Shown here in pieces: positions 1-7,040 of a DNA stretch of 8,241 bases; position 1 is the stretch's first letter, and each line of letters begins with the position of its first letter. Under the pieces are notes generated by a model. The model worked only from the letters and a program-made list of their open reading frames with translations, did not search any database and had not been told where the DNA came from. A program made the position numbers and the translations under genes. The stretch is from positions 1 to 8,241 of the forward strand of contig CBFFRP010000596.1 of the NCBI GenBank assembly GCA_965644295.1, written 5' to 3'. This DNA is from Paraphysomonas bandaiensis (taxonomy: Eukaryota > Protista > Chrysophyceae).

Positions 1-14
1 AATATATGTATATA

Positions 15-2034
15 CCCTAACCCTAACCCTAACCCTAACCCTAACCCTAACCCTAACCCTAACCCTAACCCTAACCCTAACCCTAACCCTAACCCTAACC
101 CTAACCCTAACCCTAACCCTAACCCTAACCCTAACCCTAACCCTAACCCTAACCCTAACCCTAACCCTAACCCTAACCCTAACCCTAACCCTAACCCTAA
201 CCCTAACCCTAACCCTAACCCTAACCCTAACCCTAACCCTAACCCTAACCCTAACCCTAACCCTAACCCTAACCCTAACCCTAACCCTAACCCTAACCCT
301 AACCCTAACCCTAACCCTAACCCTAACCCTAACCCTAACCCTAACCCTAACCCTAACCCTAACCCTAACCCTAACCCTAACCCTAACCCTAACCCTAACC
401 CTAACCCTAACCCTAACCCTAACCCTAACCCTAACCCTAACCCTAACCCTAACCCTAACCCTAACCCTAACCCTAACCCTAACCCTAACCCTAACCCTAA
501 CCCTAACCCTAACCCTAACCCTAACCCTAACCCTAACCCTAACCCTAACCCTAACCCTAACCCTAACCCTAACCCTAACCCTAACCCTAACCCTAACCCT
601 AACCCTAACCCTAACCCTAACCCTAACCCTAACCCTAACCCTAACCCTAACCCTAACCCTAACCCTAACCCTAACCCTAACCCTAACCCTAACCCTAACC
701 CTAACCCTAACCCTAACCCTAACCCTAACCCTAACCCTAACCCTAACCCTAACCCTAACCCTAACCCTAACCCTAACCCTAACCCTAACCCTAACCCTAA
801 CCCTAACCCTAACCCTAACCCTAACCCTAACCCTAACCCTAACCCTAACCCTAACCCTAACCCTAACCCTAACCCTAACCCTAACCCTAACCCTAACCCT
901 AACCCTAACCCTAACCCTAACCCTAACCCTAACCCTAACCCTAACCCTAACCCTAACCCTAACCCTAACCCTAACCCTAACCCTAACCCTAACCCTAACC
1001 CTAACCCTAACCCTAACCCTAACCCTAACCCTAACCCTAACCCTAACCCTAACCCTAACCCTAACCCTAACCCTAACCCTAACCCTAACCCTAACCCTAA
1101 CCCTAACCCTAACCCTAACCCTAACCCTAACCCTAACCCTAACCCTAACCCTAACCCTAACCCTAACCCTAACCCTAACCCTAACCCTAACCCTAACCCT
1201 AACCCTAACCCTAACCCTAACCCTAACCCTAACCCTAACCCTAACCCTAACCCTAACCCTAACCCTAACCCTAACCCTAACCCTAACCCTAACCCTAACC
1301 CTAACCCTAACCCTAACCCTAACCCTAACCCTAACCCTAACCCTAACCCTAACCCTAACCCTAACCCTAACCCTAACCCTAACCCTAACCCTAACCCTAA
1401 CCCTAACCCTAACCCTAACCCTAACCCTAACCCTAACCCTAACCCTAACCCTAACCCTAACCCTAACCCTAACCCTAACCCTAACCCTAACCCTAACCCT
1501 AACCCTAACCCTAACCCTAACCCTAACCCTAACCCTAACCCTAACCCTAACCCTAACCCTAACCCTAACCCTAACCCTAACCCTAACCCTAACCCTAACC
1601 CTAACCCTAACCCTAACCCTAACCCTAACCCTAACCCTAACCCTAACCCTAACCCTAACCCTAACCCTAACCCTAACCCTAACCCTAACCCTAACCCTAA
1701 CCCTAACCCTAACCCTAACCCTAACCCTAACCCTAACCCTAACCCTAACCCTAACCCTAACCCTAACCCTAACCCTAACCCTAACCCTAACCCTAACCCT
1801 AACCCTAACCCTAACCCTAACCCTAACCCTAACCCTAACCCTAACCCTAACCCTAACCCTAACCCTAACCCTAACCCTAACCCTAACCCTAACCCTAACC
1901 CTAACCCTAACCCTAACCCTAACCCTAACCCTAACCCTAACCCTAACCCTAACCCTAACCCTAACCCTAACCCTAACCCTAACCCTAACCCTAACCCTAA
2001 CCCTAACCCTAACCCTAACCCTAACCCTAACCCT
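15..2034 (+). repeat. Telomeric array (CCCTAA)n / (TTAGGG)n, about 336 perfect units
   Basis: Uninterrupted CCCTAA hexamers from 15 to 2030 (2016 bp = 336 units) plus CCCT. C-rich strand on +, the orientation expected at a left chromosome end. Confidence 0.98.
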
Positions 2035-3217
2035 TACTATGAAGTGTGTATGTTATATATGTTATATATAGGTATATATGTGTATATATGAAGTATATAT
2101 TGACTTACTATGAAGTGTGTATATATATATGTTATATATAGGTATATATGTGTATATATGAAGTGTAAATTCGCTTACTATGAAGTGTGTATATATATAT
2201 GTTATATATAGGTATATATGTGTATATATGAAGTATATATTGACTTACTATGAAGTGTGTATGTTATATATGTTATATATAGGTATATATGTGTATATAT
2301 GAAGTGTAAATTCGCTTACTATGAAGTGTGTATATGTTATATATATGTTATATATAGGTATATATGTGTATATATGAAGTATAAATTCGCTTACTATGAA
2401 GTGTGTATGTTATATATATGTTATATATAGGTATATATGTGTATATATGAAGTATATATTGACTTACTATGAAGTGTGTGTATGTTATATATGTTATATA
2501 TAGGTATATATGTGTATATATGAAGTGTAAATTCGCTTACTATGAAGTGTGTATGTTATATATGTTATATATAGGTATATATGTGTATATATGAAGTATA
2601 TATTGACTTACTATGAAGTGTGTATGTTATATATGTTATATATAGGTATATATGTGTATATATGAAGTATAAATTCGCTTACTATGAAGTGTGTATATAT
2701 ATATGTTATATATAGGTATATATGTGTATATATGAAGTATATATTGACTTACTATGAAGTGTGTATGTTATATATGTTATATATAGGTGTATATGTGTAT
2801 ATATGAAGTATATATTGACTTACTATGAAGTGTGTATGTTATATATGTTATATATAGGTATATATGTGTATATATGAAGTATATATTGACTTACTATGAA
2901 GTGTGTATGTTATATATGTTATATATAGGTATATATGTGTATATATGAAGTATATATTGACTTACTATGAAGTGTGTATGTTATATATGTTATATATAGG
3001 TATATATGTGTATATATGAAGTGTAAATTCGCTTACTATGAAGTGTATATGTTATATATGTTATATATAGGTATATATGTGTATATATGAAGTATAAATT
3101 CGCTTACTATGAAGTGTGTATATGTTATATATGTTATATATAGGTATATATGTGTATATATGAAGTATATATTGACTTACTATGAAGTGTGTATATGTTA
3201 TATATATGTTATATATA
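2033..3217. repeat. Subtelomeric tandem satellite, 70-75-bp unit, 16 full copies plus 1 partial
   Basis: Unit is approximately CTTACTATGAAGTGTGTATGTTATATATGTTATATATAGGTATATATGTGTATATATGAAGT(ATATATTGA | RTAAATTCG). Starts at 2033, 2104, 2174, 2244, 2315, 2390, 2463, 2536, 2607, 2678, 2748, 2819, 2890, 2961, 3032, 3103, 3176. A degenerate remnant (TTGACATACTTTGAAGTGTG) extends to about 3273. Confidence 0.97.
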
Positions 3218-3302
3218 AATGAAGTCAAAAATGAAGTGTTTGTAAGTCAAAAATTGACATACTTTGAAGTGTGATGCTTCTGATATTCTTTGGGTTTTCG
3301 CT

Positions 3303-3346
3303 GGGGTTAGGTTGGGGTTAGGGTTGGGGCTAAGGTTAGGGTAGGG
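3303..3346 (+). repeat. Degenerate telomeric tract in inverted orientation (TTAGGG/TTGGGG variants), G-quadruplex-compatible
   Basis: GGGGTTAGGTTGGGGTTAGGGTTGGGGCTAAGGTTAGGGTAGGG. G-rich strand on +, opposite to the terminal array; six runs of at least 3 G. Confidence 0.85.
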
Positions 3347-3352
3347 TATATG

Positions 3353-3641
3353 ATATCTCAAGAACTATGACGAGTTAAAAAAAAGTAAACATATCAGTAA
3401 ATTCAGCGTACCCATATTATTCTTGTAAAAACCTATGACCTTCACCTATAAAGCTTTTTATAAAAAGTTAGGAGCTCACACCTCTATCTAACCTTAACCG
3501 CACCCCATAAAAATAATATCTCTGGAACTACGGGGTAATAAAAATTAAAAAATATATCAGTAAACGCAGAATACCCACATTACTCTAGTAATAAAATACG
3601 ACCTTTGCCTAAAAAAATTATTCTCATAAGTTATGAGCTCA
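3353..3641. repeat. Diverged direct duplication, period 163 bp (3353-3478 and 3516-3641)
   Basis: Collinear shared blocks ATATCTC..GAACTA, ATATCAGTAAA, TACCCAyATTAyTCT.GTAA, GACCTT, AAGTTA.GAGCTCA. ATATCTC at 3353/3516 and GAGCTCA at 3472/3635, both offset by 163. Confidence 0.85.
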
Positions 3642-3792
3642 AAACGCTCACAGAGCCGTATTCACTGTATTCTATGTATTCTATATCAAGAATAATGCGC
3701 GATGGTAAACTTACTTTTTTTGATTGGCTTAAATTTGATTGTTAAACAGATCCACACCTCAAATGGGTAAGGAGCGATCGGGGGACAGCGTA

Positions 3793-3842
3793 TAACCCTA
3801 ACCCTAACCCTAACCCTAACCCTAACCCTAACCCTAACCCTA
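3793..3842 (+). repeat. Interstitial telomeric tract (TAACCC)8
   Basis: Eight perfect TAACCC units at 3793-3840 plus TA, same orientation as the terminal array. Confidence 0.95.
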
Positions 3843-3885
3843 GACCCCAATCTTTTTCTCCCATGCTCCGACGCACAACTTCCTC
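3842..3885. repeat. Exact 44-bp direct copy of coding sequence 4975-5018, inserted in telomeric repeats
   Basis: AGACCCCAATCTTTTTCTCCCATGCTCCGACGCACAACTTCCTC occurs identically at 3842-3885 and 4975-5018. Confidence 0.97.
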
Positions 3886-4095
3886 TAACCCTAACCTCAA
3901 ACGTGTCTTGCTATTATACTATTAGGCCTTATCGTTTAATCTTTATCTCTAATAATATCAAGTATATTCTTACTAAATATCAAGACTAACCTTAAATCTT
4001 ATTTTAACCCTAACCCTAACCTTAATCGCATACAATTGAGAACAGAAAACCTTAGCAAATAATGTCACCTTCTGTTAAACAATCCAAACCCTAAC
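3886..4095 (+). repeat. Eroded telomere-like region with scattered CCCTAA/CCTTAA units
   Basis: TAACCCTAACCT (3886), CTAACCTTAA (3986), TAACCCTAACCCTAACCTTAA (4005-4025) and AAACCCTAAC (4086), separated by AT-rich sequence that partly resembles decayed hexamers. Confidence 0.7.
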
Positions 4096-4184
4096 TATTC
4101 GATTAAGTGAGTGTACCGGTTATATTATACACTATTATTCACTATTGATTGACGGCACAGTACAAGAAAATTACTAGTTTTCTG

Positions 4185-6395
4185 CTAGTTACCCTTATTA
4201 TTGGAATTTTGCCATGAAGTTGAGCGTTCGTTATCTTCATCCTCATCAGTTTCATATTCACTCGCATCTTCATCCTCATCACTTATACCTTCATCCTCGT
4301 CACTTCCATCGTCACTCTCATCTTCATCCTCATCACTCTCATCATCTGCAGAGTTCACATCTTCGGCTTCACATACTTCATCGCAATCAAAATAACACTT
4401 CACGCCGCAGGAACGAGCCCACTCAACAACACAATTCGGCCACTTCTTGTACAGCCACCTCCTATCACGGATGGTTACATTATTCCTTCGCAAAAAGGAT
4501 GAAGCTTCGGGAGTAAGCGGCCTCGTGGTAACCAAATACAAGGCATGTGAGAATTCTATATCCGTGTAGGTCTTACGCAAGCATTCAATTACACCTTCCC
4601 CACTCTTCAATTTTTTTAACACTATTCGAGCTGCACATACGCCAAAACTGCCATGTCCCAGTTTAATTTGCAGTCTATGTACACAACAATGATTCTTGTC
4701 GCTTGATTTCATAATAGAATCTGGTCCAATGGTCTTTTCCTTATCACCTTCATTATCAGCTGATTCTACTATGTTACAACATTCACCTTTTTGGAACACC
4801 ACTACATCAGCACCTCTACAGTCCGGAATTTCTTGCAGCGGGATGCCATAAGGTAAAGAACTAAACTCAACAGGAAATTGTATCCTACGAATTTTCAATC
4901 GACTCTTTCCTTCAAATATCAACTTCATCTTTCTGCCGCCACGGCTTTGGCTGCTTGGGAATTTAATTGGACCGAGACCCCAATCTTTTTCTCCCATGCT
5001 CCGACGCACAACTTCCTCAGCTCTCATCCCTAAAATGGAGTAGGGGTACCGCAGACACACTCTCATGTGTGAGGTAAACCAGCGCGGCCACGCAGGTCTG
5101 ACAGGTTGCTCCCTCAGAATTAGACAGGCAATTGGATGAGAGAATTGAAGAGTGTCGCGTTCATTAGTTTGCTGATAAAGAAACGCTCCGCTGTCTGACC
5201 CTTCATAGAATACTCGCGGATTGCTATCCGATAACCCTTCTAGATCATTCACATCAATTGGCGCCATCAGCCTCCATGGATCGGAATACAAGCCAGCCAG
5301 ATGCACCCCTTCCTCATCAGGAAATAACGTTCGTAGCATAGCATTTAAAATTCTTTCATACCTTTTGCGATGCTTCGTGATTTTGAAACAAAATCTATTT
5401 GAATATGTTGACATTAGTAGTTTATCCTTTCTGCGTACGATTCTTCTGTAAGCAGAAAAATTTCTCAGATACCCTCCTGTGTACAAATAGAAATTGCATA
5501 ACTGGCGAGGCGTGGGACGTTTCCCAAACAATTGGTGGTACGCCTCTATGAGGTCACTTTTGAGATAGAGTGGCTTGATATCGATAACATGGAATCTGTC
5601 GCTGTTTAGATTATTGGCTCTTCCAGAGTATGACGGGAAATCTCTCCTCGAAATGTCATCCAAAACCATTTTACCAAAACATAAACTGCGGAGATACGGA
5701 GCACTCCCAGACAATATAACATTTACTGGATTGCTTGAAGAAGACCAATTCCCAATGGAGGATAACTGCATAATCCATTTCCTGCCCTGCTCTGCAGGCA
5801 GTGTGTAAACTATAGAGTATTCATCAAGCACAAGGAATACGCGCCACTTCATTTTCTCCAAAAAGATCATCAATTTCTCCAAATTTCTCAAACGAGTCAA
5901 TTTAAGCGCATTCAACGCTTGCCAAGCATCATCTGGTAACATCTTCTCAAAAATGTCAAATATCAAATCATATGGACCTTCTCGATGCAAATGCTTACTG
6001 ACGTTAATATAAGCAGACAGCGTTGCCTTTCCAAGCTTTTGCATTGCAAAAACAAGACCTTGAAGAAAGGAAGTTTTGCCAACACTTTTTGGCCCTATGA
6101 CCAGGTGATTGGAAGAGTTTCCAGTTAATTTTCCAGAGTCAAGATCACGCAGTATCAACGACAATTCGGCCACAGCGTCAGTTCTATCCGAGTATAGCAG
6201 CATTCGACCATCTTCGGTACGAACTTCCCGCAGAATATTTTCGATGGCTTCTTGAGCATCACTCTTCAACAAATCATTGACTTCTTTTCGGACCCACCTT
6301 TTCTTGACATCATTAGTCGGTGTCATCGGAATCCTCCCATTGATGCCTGCTTTTAAAAAAGGGCAGAGAAAATCTGTGGTGGGATTGGCTATCAT
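4185..6395 (-). CDS. P-loop NTPase (STAND/AAA+-like) fused to Mrr-like PD-(D/E)xK restriction-endonuclease-fold domain with acidic tail; Crinkler/RHS (CR) effector-like, 736 aa
   Basis: Uninterrupted ORF. Walker A GPKSVGKT (aa101-108, nt 6072-6095), Walker B VFLVLDE (aa186-192), sensor-like VILSGS (aa226-231), TGGYLR (aa306-311, resembles the STAND GxP region). Nuclease-like motifs: GMRAEEVV (E460), PDCRGADVVV (D525/D530), RLQIKLG (Q576-x-K578), and LYLVTTRPLTPEASSFLRRNNVTIRDRRWL resembling the Mrr_cat C-terminal pattern. D/E-rich tail about aa670-725. The CDS itself is secure; the family call is inferred from motifs. Confidence 0.8.
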   Translation of the reverse strand: MIANPTTDFLCPFLKAGINGRIPMTPTNDVKKRWVRKEVNDLLKSDAQEAIENILREVRTEDGRMLLYSDRTDAVAELSLILRDLDSGKLTGNSSNHLVIGPKSVGKTSFLQGLVFAMQKLGKATLSAYINVSKHLHREGPYDLIFDIFEKMLPDDAWQALNALKLTRLRNLEKLMIFLEKMKWRVFLVLDEYSIVYTLPAEQGRKWIMQLSSIGNWSSSSNPVNVILSGSAPYLRSLCFGKMVLDDISRRDFPSYSGRANNLNSDRFHVIDIKPLYLKSDLIEAYHQLFGKRPTPRQLCNFYLYTGGYLRNFSAYRRIVRRKDKLLMSTYSNRFCFKITKHRKRYERILNAMLRTLFPDEEGVHLAGLYSDPWRLMAPIDVNDLEGLSDSNPRVFYEGSDSGAFLYQQTNERDTLQFSHPIACLILREQPVRPAWPRWFTSHMRVCLRYPYSILGMRAEEVVRRSMGEKDWGLGPIKFPSSQSRGGRKMKLIFEGKSRLKIRRIQFPVEFSSLPYGIPLQEIPDCRGADVVVFQKGECCNIVESADNEGDKEKTIGPDSIMKSSDKNHCCVHRLQIKLGHGSFGVCAARIVLKKLKSGEGVIECLRKTYTDIEFSHALYLVTTRPLTPEASSFLRRNNVTIRDRRWLYKKWPNCVVEWARSCGVKCYFDCDEVCEAEDVNSADDESDEDEDESDDGSDEDEGISDEDEDASEYETDEDEDNERSTSWQNSNNKGN

Positions 6396-7040
6396 TTAGT
6401 CCATCACTGCCGAGATCAATGGTGACAATTTATGCTGAACTATTGACGAAAGAAAACATTATTGAACTCTATGCGTAACTACAGTCGAAATATCATCTGA
6501 TTCAATTGCTTGCTTGGAGTGGTTGGATACTGATAGAACTTTTTTCATACATATCTGCTTTACGTTTTTCCGTACTGTATATTGATATGTACAGTATGTA
6601 CAGTATATGTGTACGTAAAAAAAAACAAATTCATTTCACTGAAAAAAATAGCATTGTGATGTTGTACATAATAATAATTAGAAAAAATTGATCATACCCA
6701 AAAATCCACCTTTTTTAAGAAAACCCCTATCAACTCTCCATATCCCATACCGTTTTTTGGTGTTGAAGACAGATCGTTTCACCACAATCATGTCGTTTTT
6801 TTGAATCTTGAAGGGGTGTCCACTGATTTTAGAATTTCCACTGGATGAGATTGGCATGCTGAACGTCACACCATAGAATTTGTGCCTTCAAAAACATGCC
6901 TTTCAGCGACTGGACCGAAGAAGTGCCAACATCACATCCCTCAAACGAACTTAAAGGAAGTCAAGTCCTATGAATAACTGTACAAACTAAGAGCAATTAC
7001 ACTTTACTTTTTTTAGAATTTATAATGTTTCTCTAGTATA
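6396..7040. promoter_or_regulatory. Intergenic region between divergent genes, presumed promoter region
   Basis: About 645 bp of AT-rich DNA between head-to-head start codons; positional inference only, no specific element identified. Confidence 0.4.

Noticed and set aside
2033-3217. CRISPR array interpretation of the 71-bp periodic region
   Set aside because: No unique spacers; whole units are near-identical, no cas genes are present, and the context is a eukaryotic telomere.
3898-4085. Additional captured 'spacers' between the degenerate telomeric units
   Set aside because: No match found by eye elsewhere in the window; the segments look like AT-rich or decayed repeat DNA. A genome-wide search is needed to exclude distant sources.
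4201-4516. Ser-rich 64-aa and His-rich 100-aa + strand ORFs
   Set aside because: Antisense shadows of the low-complexity acidic tail of the 736-aa gene.
5221-5808. 76-aa and 77-aa + strand ORFs
   Set aside because: Short, antisense to the long CDS, no recognisable motifs.
4185-6395. Telomere-targeting non-LTR retrotransposon or telomere-linked RecQ helicase
   Set aside because: No reverse transcriptase YxDD motif, poly(A) tail or SF2 DExH motif set; the motifs fit an AAA+/STAND NTPase plus REase fold.
6506-6869. 61-aa and 63-aa intergenic ORFs
   Set aside because: Non-ATG starts, short, AT-rich, no recognisable domains.
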